From Bacillota bacterium (GTDB taxonomy: Bacteria > Bacillota_I > Bacilli_A > RFN20 > CAG-288), in the NCBI GenBank assembly GCA_036830315.1, contig DAISOU010000006.1:1212-65211 (forward strand): a stretch of DNA of 64,000 nucleotides. The letters run 5' to 3'. Position 1 is the stretch's first letter; every line of letters begins with the position of its first letter. Of the stretch, positions 43,133 to 53,275 are shown piece after piece. A program made the translations under genes and the position numbers. The notes under the pieces are model-generated. The model was not told the DNA's origin, did no database searches, and saw only the letters and a list, made by a program, of their open reading frames with translations.

Positions 43133-45256
43133 ATGAAACTGATTATTGTCGAGTCCCCGCACAAGTGCGAGACCATCGGAAAGTTCTTAGGCAAGGATTA
43201 CAAAGTAATGGCCAGCAAAGGCCATATTCGTGATTTGACTAACCACGGAAAGATGGGTTTAGGTGTTGATATTGAGAATTCATTTAAGCCTCAGTATGAA
43301 GTGTCTCCTGATAAAGCCCCTGTAGTAAAAGAATTACAGAGTGCAGTATCAAAAGCTGATGAAGTGTATCTTGCAACCGACCCTGACCGTGAAGGAGAAG
43401 CTATTTCCTGGCATCTGGCTCAGGTCTTAAATCTTGACGTCGCCACTACTAAACGTCTGGAGTTTCACGAAATCACTAAGCCGGCTATCACTAAGGCTCT
43501 TGCTAATCCGCGTATCATCGATATGAATCTGGTGGAATCACAGGAAACCAGAAGAATCATCGATCGTCTGATGGGTTTCCGTCTTTCTGCCCTGCTTCAA
43601 AAGAAGATCAAGTCTAAATCTGCCGGCCGTGTTCAGTCGGTAGTTCTGAAGTTCATCGTCGACCGTGAAAAGGAAATCAAGGAATTCGTTCCTGAGGAAT
43701 TCTGGACGATTGACGCTATCTTCAATCAGGATGATAAGTCTGTCAAAGCTGATTTAGCCTCCTATAAGGGCAAGACTGTCAAGATCACCAATGGCGATGA
43801 AGCGACTAAGATCGTCTCCGAATTACCTGATAAGTTCACAGTCAAGTCACTCAAGAGCGAAATCAGAAAACGTGAAGCCAAGCCTCCGTTTATTACTTCC
43901 ACCCTCCAGCAGGAAGCGTTCACTCAGTTCCACTTCTCAACCAAAAAGACCGCTTCTGTTGCTCAGAAGCTCTATGAAGGCGAAGAAATCAACGGTTCAT
44001 CCACTGGTTTGATCACTTACATGAGAACTGATTCCACTCGTCTTTCAGATGAATTCAAGGATGCTGCCAAAGACCATATCATCACCACTTACGGCGAAGA
44101 ATTCTTAGGCACTGTTCATATGCAGAAGAGCAATAAGAATGTTCAGGATGCTCATGAAGCTATCCGTCCTACTGATATCTCATTGACTCCGGAAGTCGTC
44201 AAGCCTTTCCTGGCTCATGACGAATATCAGCTTTATTCTCTGATCTACGAAAGAGCCTTGGCTTCTTTGATGTCAGCCAGAAAAGACAAGGTCACTTCAC
44301 TGGTCTTAACCGGCAATGAATATGACTTCACCGCTTCTTCAACTTCACCTGTTTTCCCCGGTTACTGCAAAATCTATGGCAAGTACGAGGAAAAAGAAGA
44401 TACCAATAATCTTCCTGATGTTCAGGAAGGTCAGGTCATGGATAAAGGCGAAGTCAACAAGACTCAGCACTTCACCAAACCTAAGCCTCGTTACAATGAA
44501 GGCAAAGTCGTTAAGCTCATGCAGGAAAACGGCATCGGCCGTCCTTCCACTTATGCTACGACCATCACTACTTTGTTAGGCCGTGATTATGTCGAGAGTC
44601 AGAAGGGATCTTTAGTCCCGACTGAACAGGGCATTATGACCTCTGACCGTTTAGAGGAATACTTCCCCAAGTATATGGATGTCAATTATACTGCCGGAAT
44701 GGAAACAGCTTTGGATCAGATTGCCGAAGGCAAGACTGACAAGCTTAAGCTGTTGAATGATTTCTGGGGAGAATTCCAGACCTTCTATGCTGATGCCGAT
44801 AAGAAAATGGAGAAAGTTCAGCCTAAGGAAGTAGGCAGAAACTGCCCTAAATGCGGCTCTCCTTTAGTTATGAGACACGGAAAGTACGGAGACTTTGTCG
44901 GCTGTTCCAACTATCCTGAATGCAACTACATCGAAAAGAACAAACCCGAAGTCGTCGAAGGACATGTCTGTCCCAAGTGCGGAGCTCCTCTTGTCAAGAG
45001 AGTCGGTAAGAAAGGCGCTTTTGTCGGCTGCTCCAACTATCCTAAGTGCAACTACATGGAATCTCTTGACGGCAAGGAACTGACCAATGAGAAGAAACCG
45101 GTTGTCATACCTGACGATGCTCCTCTCTGCCCTTCCTGCCATACCGGACATCTGATTGAGAAGAAGAGCCGCTGGGGCAAAACCTTCATCGGCTGTTCCA
45201 ATTATCCTAAGTGCCATTACATCCAAAAGGACGTCAAAGACAAGAAGGAAGAATAA
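43133..45256 (+). CDS. topA: DNA topoisomerase I with three C-terminal C4 zinc ribbons
   Basis: TOPRIM MKLIIVESP...ATDPDREGE, the active-site region TYMRTDS, and three copies of CPxC...GCSNYPxC. GAGGAG at 43120-43125 supports the ATG at 43133. Confidence 0.97.
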   Translation: MKLIIVESPHKCETIGKFLGKDYKVMASKGHIRDLTNHGKMGLGVDIENSFKPQYEVSPDKAPVVKELQSAVSKADEVYLATDPDREGEAISWHLAQVLNLDVATTKRLEFHEITKPAITKALANPRIIDMNLVESQETRRIIDRLMGFRLSALLQKKIKSKSAGRVQSVVLKFIVDREKEIKEFVPEEFWTIDAIFNQDDKSVKADLASYKGKTVKITNGDEATKIVSELPDKFTVKSLKSEIRKREAKPPFITSTLQQEAFTQFHFSTKKTASVAQKLYEGEEINGSSTGLITYMRTDSTRLSDEFKDAAKDHIITTYGEEFLGTVHMQKSNKNVQDAHEAIRPTDISLTPEVVKPFLAHDEYQLYSLIYERALASLMSARKDKVTSLVLTGNEYDFTASSTSPVFPGYCKIYGKYEEKEDTNNLPDVQEGQVMDKGEVNKTQHFTKPKPRYNEGKVVKLMQENGIGRPSTYATTITTLLGRDYVESQKGSLVPTEQGIMTSDRLEEYFPKYMDVNYTAGMETALDQIAEGKTDKLKLLNDFWGEFQTFYADADKKMEKVQPKEVGRNCPKCGSPLVMRHGKYGDFVGCSNYPECNYIEKNKPEVVEGHVCPKCGAPLVKRVGKKGAFVGCSNYPKCNYMESLDGKELTNEKKPVVIPDDAPLCPSCHTGHLIEKKSRWGKTFIGCSNYPKCHYIQKDVKDKKEE

Positions 45257-45261
45257 ACTAC

Positions 45262-45293
45262 ATCCCGCAGCAAACCTGCGGGATTTTTCTTTT
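45262..45293 (+). terminator. Rho-independent terminator after topA
   Basis: ATCCCGCAG-CAAAC-CTGCGGGAT followed by TTTTCTTTT. Confidence 0.85.
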
Positions 45294-45312
45294 ATAGGTT
45301 ATAATAGTTTTT

Positions 45313-46965
45313 GTGGAAAACGAAAACGAAAAGAATAACCGAATCGCCCTGGCCCTTGATCAGGATCTCAATGATTTCATGGTCTATCTGACTGGTGTTT
45401 TAAACTACTCTTATAAGACCAGAATCAGTTATGGCGAAGACGTGGCCTGTTTTATTCTTTTCCTTCAGGGACGTCATATCGAAAAGAAAGATGTCGACAG
45501 GGAGACAATCCGCTCTTTTCTTTTGACTCTCAATAAAACCGGACTTGAGAAAAGCTCTGTCAAAAGAGCTCTGTCTGCTCTTAGGCATTTCTATCGGTAT
45601 CTATATCGATACAAAGGATACCTGTCTAATCCCTTTGACTCAGTCCATAGTCCCAAAACTCCTAAAAAGCTTCCTGAATTCCTCACGATGGATGAAGTCA
45701 ATGATTTCCTCGACTCCAATAAGAAGAGGGATGATCCTCTTTCAAAAAGAGATCAGGCAATCTTAGAACTGATGTTTGCTTCCGGACTCAGAGCTTCTGA
45801 GACTATCGGACTGCAGATAAGAGACGTTGACTTTTCCTCCCGTCTTTTGAAGATCCACGGAAAAGGCAGAAAGGACCGCTTGGTTCCTTTCAATAAGGCT
45901 TCTAAAGAGGCCCTTCTTCTCTATCTGGAACAGATCCGTCCCTCTTTGATAAAAGGAGAAGACGAAAGCGAAGATCTGGTCTTTCTTAACGGAAGAGGAA
46001 AACCTCTGACAGAAAGAGGACTGGAGTATCTTATCTCTGAGGCTGCCTTAAAAGCCGGATTCACATTGAAGGTTCACCCCCATATGCTCCGCCATTCATT
46101 TGCTACCGAATTGCTCAACAGCGGAACTGACTTACGAATCATTCAGGATCTACTTGGGCATTCATCCATCAGGACCACGTCCATCTATACCCATGTCACT
46201 TATGAAGACTTGAAGAAAACCTATGAGGAGTGCTTTCCAAAAGCACATATAACAAACAACATGAAAGAAAAAAGAGCTGTTATCTTCGACTTTAACGGGA
46301 CGATGTTCTTCGATGAGGAAAAACATATTGAAAGCTGGAAAGATTTTTCTCTGCAGGAATTCAATCGAGAGATAAAAGACGAGGAATTTCCTCTTCGTAT
46401 CCATGGACACAACAATGAAGATATTCTTTCTTTTCTTTCCGGAAGAAAGTTCTCAATTGAGGAGACAGCGGTCTATGCCGAAAGAAAAGAAAGACTTTAT
46501 CAGTCTCTGTGTGAGAAAGATACAGCTAACCTTCATCTGGTAAAAGGACTGACTCAATTTCTCGATATTCTCAAAGAAAACAACATTCCTTTTGCGATTG
46601 CCACTGCCAGTATGAAACCTAATGTCGACTGGTATATCAAGACTTTCGGACTTGACAGGTGGTTTACCGCTAAGACCATTATCTATGATGACGGAACACT
46701 CACTGAAGGAAAGCCGGCTCCGATGATATATCAGAGAGCTATGAAGGCTCTCGATATCAAACCGGAAGAGACGGTGATATTCGAAGATGCCATCTCCGGA
46801 GTCAAGAGCGCCTATGCTGCTAAGGCCAAATATGTCATCGCCGTTGAGAAGGAAGAAAGAAGAGAGCAGTTTATGAAGATGAAGGAAGTCGATGATGTCA
46901 TTCTGGACTTCACTTCTCTTCCTCAGATTGTCTGGGAATTTTTAGGACTTCTCAATCAAAATTAA
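45313..46965 (+). CDS. xerC: Tyrosine recombinase XerC/CodV fused in frame to a C-terminal HAD (beta-phosphoglucomutase-like) domain
   Basis: Residues 1-315 form a complete Xer recombinase (LRASE, HPHMLRHSFAT, LLGHSSIRTTSIYTHV). Residues 317-550 carry HAD motifs (IFDFNGTM, ATAS, GKPAP, EDAISGV). There is no stop codon and no SD at the junction (46240-46263). Confidence 0.85.
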   Translation: MENENEKNNRIALALDQDLNDFMVYLTGVLNYSYKTRISYGEDVACFILFLQGRHIEKKDVDRETIRSFLLTLNKTGLEKSSVKRALSALRHFYRYLYRYKGYLSNPFDSVHSPKTPKKLPEFLTMDEVNDFLDSNKKRDDPLSKRDQAILELMFASGLRASETIGLQIRDVDFSSRLLKIHGKGRKDRLVPFNKASKEALLLYLEQIRPSLIKGEDESEDLVFLNGRGKPLTERGLEYLISEAALKAGFTLKVHPHMLRHSFATELLNSGTDLRIIQDLLGHSSIRTTSIYTHVTYEDLKKTYEECFPKAHITNNMKEKRAVIFDFNGTMFFDEEKHIESWKDFSLQEFNREIKDEEFPLRIHGHNNEDILSFLSGRKFSIEETAVYAERKERLYQSLCEKDTANLHLVKGLTQFLDILKENNIPFAIATASMKPNVDWYIKTFGLDRWFTAKTIIYDDGTLTEGKPAPMIYQRAMKALDIKPEETVIFEDAISGVKSAYAAKAKYVIAVEKEERREQFMKMKEVDDVILDFTSLPQIVWEFLGLLNQN

Positions 46966-47016
46966 CATCATTTGTCTTGAGAATATTATAATTAATAAAC
47001 AGTGGAGGAGAATACC

Positions 47017-48219
47017 ATGCACAACGAAAGAAAACTGATTGACGGACTCTATTATGTCGGAGCCAGTGATAGAAGGCTGACCAAGTTTGAGAATCTCTTG
47101 CCTTTGGAAAGAGGAGTCTCTTATAATTCCTATCTCTTCATCGAAGAAAAAACCTGTTTGTTTGATACTGTCGATATCTCGGTGACTCGTCAGTTTCTCG
47201 ATAACATCGATTTTCTTCTCAAAGACCGAAAACTTGATTATCTGGTCATTTCCCATATGGAACCTGATCATTGCTACAACATCAGGGAAGTCTTGCTCAG
47301 ACATCCTGAGACTGTCGTCGTTGGCAATGCCAAGACTTTTTCTTTCCTGAAACAGTTCTTCCCTGATCTCGACTTAGAAGGACATACCTTAGTAGTCAAA
47401 GAAGGGGATACTCTGGCCTTTGGAAAGAGAGTATTTCATTTCGTGATGACTCCGATGGTCCATTGGCCGGAAGTCATGATGACTTATGAGGAAAAGGACG
47501 GACTTCTCTTCTCAGCCGACGCTTTCGGAACCTTTAAGTCCTTAGACGGAAACATGTTTGCCGATCAGGTTGACTATGACCGCGATTGGTTAGATGAATC
47601 CCGAAGATATTACACCAATATCGTCGGCAAATACGGCATGCAGGTTCAGATGGCCTTTAAAAAGCTGTCTTCCCTGAATATCAAAATGATCCTTCCTCTT
47701 CACGGACCGGTCTACCGCAATGATATCGCCTATATTCTTGACAAATATCAGAAGTGGTCGACTTATGAACCGGAAAAGAAAGGTGTCATCATCATCTATG
47801 GCTCCATGTACGGCGATAATGAAAACGCCGCCGAGATTCTCGCCTCTTCTCTCTCAGAGGACGGCGTAATGGACATCAGAGTCTATGACGCTTCCATGGT
47901 CGATCCTTCCTTCTTAGTCTCTGAGTCCTTTAGAGTCTCTAACATCGTTTTGATAGCTCCCACTTACAATATGACCATCTATCCTGCTATCGACGTCTAT
48001 CTTGATGACATGCTGAGAATGGGACTTAAGAACAGAACCTTTTCTCTGATTCAGAACGGAAGCTGGTGCCCAGCTTCTCTAGGTCTGATGAAGAAGAAAC
48101 TTTCTCTGACTCCTTCCTTTAAATTCACAGCGACAGAAGTGACTGTTTCTTCCTCGGTCAATGAGAAGACCAGAGAAGATCTTAAGAAGGTAGCTAAAGA
48201 GATTGTTCAGTCTCTCTGA
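47017..48219 (+). CDS. Flavodiiron protein (FprA-type metallo-beta-lactamase plus flavodoxin)
   Basis: Diiron ligand pattern SHMEPDH, MVHWPE, SADAFG and LPLHGP. The flavodoxin domain has IIIYGSMYGDNE. GGAGGAG at 47004-47010 supports the ATG at 47017. Confidence 0.85.
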   Translation: MHNERKLIDGLYYVGASDRRLTKFENLLPLERGVSYNSYLFIEEKTCLFDTVDISVTRQFLDNIDFLLKDRKLDYLVISHMEPDHCYNIREVLLRHPETVVVGNAKTFSFLKQFFPDLDLEGHTLVVKEGDTLAFGKRVFHFVMTPMVHWPEVMMTYEEKDGLLFSADAFGTFKSLDGNMFADQVDYDRDWLDESRRYYTNIVGKYGMQVQMAFKKLSSLNIKMILPLHGPVYRNDIAYILDKYQKWSTYEPEKKGVIIIYGSMYGDNENAAEILASSLSEDGVMDIRVYDASMVDPSFLVSESFRVSNIVLIAPTYNMTIYPAIDVYLDDMLRMGLKNRTFSLIQNGSWCPASLGLMKKKLSLTPSFKFTATEVTVSSSVNEKTREDLKKVAKEIVQSL

Positions 48220-48328
48220 TTAGTCTAAAAAGCGATGATAATGGCGATTTTTCTATCAAAACACTTTCAATTGTCAAGCGTGGCAGTTATACTATTTTTA
48301 TAAGGAGTGTTAGGAAAGATTTCAAAAT

Positions 48329-49162
48329 ATGCCCTTATCATTGTACTTAATCGATGGTGTGACCATCGCTGATAATATTGTCGTCATTGTTCTGATGCTT
48401 TTGGTGTCTGTTTTCTTAGCTGTAAAGATAAACCGACTGGCGATTTGGATTTTTTACGGTGTCACTAATATCGCCTTCATAGTCGGATTGTTTGTTCCTC
48501 TTCCGACTTTGACTATCGTCAGTCTCAGTCTCATCATCGGCGGCACTGTCTTACTCGGTTTCATCAACTCGGGTATGATAAGAAAGTTTGTCGTCAAGCC
48601 TCCTAAGATCGATAAGACTTTCAACAGCAAATCCAGCAGCTACAATCAGGAGAAGCTGATCAATAACATCGTCACTGCTGTCAACTGGCTTTCAAAGAAC
48701 CGAGTCGGTGCTTTGATAACATTTGAAAGAGAAACAGACTTAGGTGAGTTCATGAAGAGCGGCTCTATCATCAATTGTCCGGTCACTCCCGAAATCATTG
48801 AGACTATCTTCTATGAGGGAACCAGATTACATGATGGTGCCATCATCATCAGAGGCGACACCATCGTTGCTGCTGCTGTCTACTATCCTCCGACTACCAG
48901 TCCCCAGCTTGGAAAATTCGGTGCCCGTCACCGGGCGGCCTTAGGAATCAGCGAAGTCACCGATGCGGTGACTATCGTCGTTTCGGAAGAGACGGGACGT
49001 ATCTCCATCACTCATGGCGGTATGATCGACTCGGTCAAATCTGATGAATTCGAAAAGATCTTCCGCTATCGTCTCGCCGGTCAGAAAAACGATGTCCTTC
49101 CTAAGCCGACTGCTCCTGTAGCTCCTATCAAACCTCATAATGAATTTAAGAACAGACATTAG
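48329..49162 (+). CDS. cdaA: Membrane-anchored diadenylate cyclase
   Basis: Three N-terminal TM segments, then the DAC domain with GALITFERE, HDGAIIIRG, GARHRAALG and VSEETGRIS. Confidence 0.9.
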   Translation: MPLSLYLIDGVTIADNIVVIVLMLLVSVFLAVKINRLAIWIFYGVTNIAFIVGLFVPLPTLTIVSLSLIIGGTVLLGFINSGMIRKFVVKPPKIDKTFNSKSSSYNQEKLINNIVTAVNWLSKNRVGALITFERETDLGEFMKSGSIINCPVTPEIIETIFYEGTRLHDGAIIIRGDTIVAAAVYYPPTTSPQLGKFGARHRAALGISEVTDAVTIVVSEETGRISITHGGMIDSVKSDEFEKIFRYRLAGQKNDVLPKPTAPVAPIKPHNEFKNRH

Positions 49163-49188
49163 AAAAAAGACTTTAAACAAATAAACAG

Positions 49189-49220
49189 GCCTCCTTGGTT
49201 CTTACTAAGGAGGCTTTTTT
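49189..49220 (+). terminator. Rho-independent terminator after cdaA
   Basis: GCCTCCTT-N10-AAGGAGGC followed by TTTTTT. Confidence 0.85.
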
Positions 49221-49423
49221 AAAATCCCGGTGATGCTACTTAAGTATCAAATTCCTCTGTTCTTTTTTCTGAAAACCGCATGTGTCTTTTCTTTGTTTCT
49301 TATAAGTTCGCTTTATTATTCAATTCCTCTCTTTTTGACTATCTGTTCTTCCACTAGACAAAAACCCTTTTATCTATGGTAAAATAGGTGAACATAAAAA
49401 GAATTTTACCAAGGAGGCGTGAA

Positions 49424-50134
49424 ATGTCTACACCGCATAATGAAGCGAAGGAAAATGATTTTGCTAAGACTGTCTTGATGCCAGGAGATCCTTTACGTGC
49501 CAAGTTCATCGCTGAGAATTATCTCAAAGATGTCAAAGTGATCAACACGGTCAGAAACATGCTGGCTTATACTGGCACCTATAAGGGCAAGAGAGTATCA
49601 GTCATGGGTTCGGGTATGGGTATGCCTTCAATTGGCATCTATGCCTATGAGCTCTATCACTTCTACAATGTCGATCGTATTATCAGAATCGGATCAGCCG
49701 GTTCGACTGTCAAAGACCTCAAGCTTTTCGATATCGTCATTGCCATGGGTGCATCAACTGATTCCAATTGGGCTGAACAATACAATCTTCCCCATGGAAC
49801 TTTGGCCGGTGTTGCCGATTATGGTACTTTAAAGGAAGCTGTGGATGCAGCTGAGAAATTCGGTTATCACTATAAGGTGGGACAGGTCTTCTCTTCCGAT
49901 CATTTCTATAATGATCCCAAAGAAGTCTGGGGACGCTGGGCTGAGATGGGAACCTTATGTATCGAGATGGAGACCTACGGACTCTACTGCACTGCTCAGG
50001 AAGCTCACAAGGAAGCTTTGGCTATCCTCACTATCTCCGATTCTCTTCTCACTCATCAGGAAACCACTTCTGAGGAACGTGTCAATTCCTTCACTCATAT
50101 GATGGATGTTGCCTTAAGCTGCATCAAAGAATAA
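49424..50134 (+). CDS. deoD: Purine nucleoside phosphorylase, DeoD type
   Basis: MSTPHNEA...VLMPGDPLRAKFIA, GSGMGMPSIGIY, RIGSAGS and EMETYGLY. AAGGAGG at 49411-49417 supports the ATG at 49424. Confidence 0.92.
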   Translation: MSTPHNEAKENDFAKTVLMPGDPLRAKFIAENYLKDVKVINTVRNMLAYTGTYKGKRVSVMGSGMGMPSIGIYAYELYHFYNVDRIIRIGSAGSTVKDLKLFDIVIAMGASTDSNWAEQYNLPHGTLAGVADYGTLKEAVDAAEKFGYHYKVGQVFSSDHFYNDPKEVWGRWAEMGTLCIEMETYGLYCTAQEAHKEALAILTISDSLLTHQETTSEERVNSFTHMMDVALSCIKE

Positions 50135-50141
50135 AGAGAGC

Positions 50142-50804
50142 ATGGTTTTTGGAATATTAGTCATCATTTTGATTATTCTTACTGTAATCTTCCTAATCGG
50201 AGGACTCTTTTATGATGAAATCAACGATTTCATCGAGAAAAAGTTCTATCAGCACAAAGTATACAAATCTCTCCATTATTACGCGGAAGAGAATGATCAG
50301 CTTCTTTTAAACAACGTCATTCTCTATCTAGGCGATGACAGTGACAAACCCACAGTCTTTGACCATATTCTTCTAGCCGACAAATATATCTATCTTGTTC
50401 ACGACATCTATGCCAAAGGTGCTTTATACGGAAACATAGAAGACAACTCCCTCTTTTTGAAAGACTATGATATGAAAGCCCATAAAGTCACTAATGAAGT
50501 GATCAGAAACCTTGCCAGGATGAGATTCCTTGAAAAGGCACTTGATATCAATCCTAATGAGAAGCTCTTCTTTTCGGTTGTCGTCTACAATTCCTCATTG
50601 ATCGTGCCTCGCGAATTGAAGACAAAGACTGTCGGAAATCTTTTCCTCTCAGTCGATGAACTTGAGAAGACTATCAAGATGGCTGAAGATGATCAGGTAT
50701 CAAATATCAAACATGAGATGACTCAGAAGGTTTTGGATATGCTTTTAGAGAGATCGGATAAGACCAAAGCAGATTTAAAGAAAAAAAGAAACAAATCTGT
50801 ATAA
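50142..50804 (+). CDS. Membrane-anchored NERD-like domain protein (tentative)
   Basis: N-terminal TM, then LLLNNVILYLGDDSDKPTVFDHILLADKYIYLVHDIYAKGALYGN, which resembles the NERD core. The assignment is weak. Confidence 0.45.
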   Translation: MVFGILVIILIILTVIFLIGGLFYDEINDFIEKKFYQHKVYKSLHYYAEENDQLLLNNVILYLGDDSDKPTVFDHILLADKYIYLVHDIYAKGALYGNIEDNSLFLKDYDMKAHKVTNEVIRNLARMRFLEKALDINPNEKLFFSVVVYNSSLIVPRELKTKTVGNLFLSVDELEKTIKMAEDDQVSNIKHEMTQKVLDMLLERSDKTKADLKKKRNKSV

Positions 50805-50812
50805 TAGGCTCT

Positions 50813-52978
50813 ATGAAGAAAATATCTCTGCCTGTCAAGGGCATGTACTGTTCTCACTGCGCAAAAGCAGTCGAGGACTCTCTTTCCAAAGTCGGCGCCA
50901 AAGGCAAAGTCGATCTAACTCATAATCAGGTCACTTTGACCTATGATGAGAAGAAGACCAGTCTTGAGCTTTTAAAGAGAGCGGTTAAAAGAGCCGGTTA
51001 TACCTTAGTTATCGAAGAAGAGAAAAAGAAATTTGATTATTCTTTGGTTCTAACCGGTGTTTCAATCGCTGTTTTGATCCTCAGCCTTTTAGGGATGATT
51101 CATCATCTCGGTGTTCATAATTCCTTCTTTGCCCTCATAGGTTCAGATCTTTCTTTCTTTATCTTGGCGACTGTATCAATTTTGATTTTGGGTATACCGT
51201 TCTTTATCCGGGCCTTCAAAGGTCTTCTTTATAAGAATATCGGCATGGACTTTCTCATCTCCTTTTCAGCTTTGGTAAGTTATGGATTATCGATCTATAT
51301 CATGGTGAAGAATATCTCCTTAGGCTACTATCCTAATGAGATGCATATGCAGGACCCCGGTTATCTGATGACATATTTCGATGCGGCCTCTATGACTCTC
51401 TCTATCATTACCTTAGGGCATAGGGTCATCGACTCCATCAAGACAAAAGCGGCTGGAAACTACAAAAAAGAAAATACGACTGGTCCTGTCACTGCTCATC
51501 TGATTCATAAGAACGGAAAAATCGACGATGTCGATGCCGATTTTATCGACGTCGATGATAAGATTCAGGTCTTGGCGGGAGAATTGATACCGGTTGACGG
51601 CACTTGTCTTTCGGGTCCTTTCTATGTCGATGAAAGCTCCCTGACTGGAGAGAGCAACCCCCGTGTTATCTATTCTGGTGACAAAGTCTATGGAGGAACA
51701 GTTTTGATGAACGGCCCTCTCTCCATGAAGGCTGATAAGATCGCATTGGATTCCCTATATTCTGGAATCATGAATGAGTCCTATGTGTTAGATGAGAAGA
51801 AAGGTCAGCTTTATAAAATTTCAGATAGGATCGCCCTCATATTTACTCCGGCTATCCTGTTAATTTCCTTAATCGCCTTCTTTATCTGTTACTTTGGACT
51901 GGGAATCGGTGTCGAACAGAGTATTATCCGTTCTGTATCCGTCCTTTCAGTCAGCTGTCCCTGCGCTTTCGGTTTAGCTGTTCCCATAGCCAGCATGTCG
52001 GGCTATGATCTTTCGATGAAACACGGAATACTGTTTAAAAGCGGTGATACTTTCGAAAAAGTGAGAAAGATCAAAGCTATCGTCTTTGATAAGACCGGTA
52101 CTTTATCACAAGGTCTCTTCTCTTTAGTCGGAAGAGAAGGAGACGACAGCTATCTAGCTCTTGTCAAAGCTCTGGAAAAGAAATCCCGTCATCCCCTGTC
52201 AAAAGCCTTCCTGACTTCTTTTTCTCAAGTTGAGGATATCTCTCTTGAAGGAGAAGTAAAGGAAATACCCGGTGTTGGATTATCGTATGACAAATATCTC
52301 CTTGGAAATCAGACCACTGTCAAAGACAAGAAAGTCAGCGATGCTCTTCGATCCTTTATCGATTCCAACAAAGACAATACAATCGTCTATCTTTCTGATG
52401 ACAAAGAAATTATTTCGGCTTTTGCCTTAGCTGATATTCTCAAAGAAGATGCCAGACAGACGATAAAGAAGCTGACTTCTCTAGGAATCAAATGCTATAT
52501 GTTGACTGGAGACCGAAAAGAATATGCTTACAGACAGGCCGAAATTGCCGGAATTGACAGAGAAAATGTCTATTATGAGATGACTCCGACATCAAAGGCG
52601 GAGGTCTTAAGACAAATCCGAAAGAAAAACGGAAACATAAGTTATGTCGGGGATGGCATCAACGATGCTTTGGCTTTAAAGGAAAGCGACTTGTCTTTTG
52701 CTTCCTATCAAGGCAGTTCTCTGGCTTTGTCTTCCGCCGATGCTCTTTTGCTGAAACCGGAGTTATCGATTATCGTGGATGCTCTTTTGATCTCCAGAAA
52801 GACTTATCTGATAATTATTGAGAACTTTATCTGGGCAATACTATATAATGTCTGCATGATACCTTTGGCTATCATGGGTTATCTTCTGCCGTCTTTGGGT
52901 GCTTTATTAATGATCTTCTCTAATCTGACTTTAACCGTCAATAGTTTGAGACTTCGTTTGTATAAACCTGATAAATAG
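50813..52978 (+). CDS. copA: Copper-translocating P1B-type ATPase
   Basis: HMA domain GMYCSHC, TM CPC motif (SVSCPCAFG), DKTGTLS, SRHPLS and GDGINDA. Confidence 0.92.
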   Translation: MKKISLPVKGMYCSHCAKAVEDSLSKVGAKGKVDLTHNQVTLTYDEKKTSLELLKRAVKRAGYTLVIEEEKKKFDYSLVLTGVSIAVLILSLLGMIHHLGVHNSFFALIGSDLSFFILATVSILILGIPFFIRAFKGLLYKNIGMDFLISFSALVSYGLSIYIMVKNISLGYYPNEMHMQDPGYLMTYFDAASMTLSIITLGHRVIDSIKTKAAGNYKKENTTGPVTAHLIHKNGKIDDVDADFIDVDDKIQVLAGELIPVDGTCLSGPFYVDESSLTGESNPRVIYSGDKVYGGTVLMNGPLSMKADKIALDSLYSGIMNESYVLDEKKGQLYKISDRIALIFTPAILLISLIAFFICYFGLGIGVEQSIIRSVSVLSVSCPCAFGLAVPIASMSGYDLSMKHGILFKSGDTFEKVRKIKAIVFDKTGTLSQGLFSLVGREGDDSYLALVKALEKKSRHPLSKAFLTSFSQVEDISLEGEVKEIPGVGLSYDKYLLGNQTTVKDKKVSDALRSFIDSNKDNTIVYLSDDKEIISAFALADILKEDARQTIKKLTSLGIKCYMLTGDRKEYAYRQAEIAGIDRENVYYEMTPTSKAEVLRQIRKKNGNISYVGDGINDALALKESDLSFASYQGSSLALSSADALLLKPELSIIVDALLISRKTYLIIIENFIWAILYNVCMIPLAIMGYLLPSLGALLMIFSNLTLTVNSLRLRLYKPDK

Positions 52979-52989
52979 GAGGAGAGTTT

Positions 52990-53175
52990 ATGGTTGAAAT
53001 CAAAGTTAACGATATGAAATGCGGACATTGTGTGATGAATATTCAGAAGGCTTTGGAAAAAGAAGACATCAATGGTGTTGTCTCTTTGGAAAAGAAGACA
53101 GTCACAGTCGACGAGAAAGACGTTGATCTCGCCACTGACTGCATCATCAAGGCCGGCTATCATCTTGACAGATAA
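52990..53175 (+). CDS. copZ: Copper chaperone, HMA-domain protein
   Basis: 61 aa with the metal site MKCGHC. Strong RBS AGGAGGAG. Immediately downstream of copA. Confidence 0.8.
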   Translation: MVEIKVNDMKCGHCVMNIQKALEKEDINGVVSLEKKTVTVDEKDVDLATDCIIKAGYHLDR

Positions 53176-53275
53176 TCCGTTTCTGTTTCATATCTGTCTT
53201 TTGTTCTAAGATTCGTTTTTTAAATAGTGGTTTTATGTTGGCTTTAAAGTTACAATATAATTTGTGTAAAGTGCT

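Noticed and set aside
50805-50812. Missing copper-responsive repressor (CopY/CsoR) next to copA-copZ, with copA only 8 nt after the NERD-like gene.
   Set aside because: The absence of a regulator within the window is not evidence of anything unusual, because the regulator may be encoded elsewhere. It is noted only as context.
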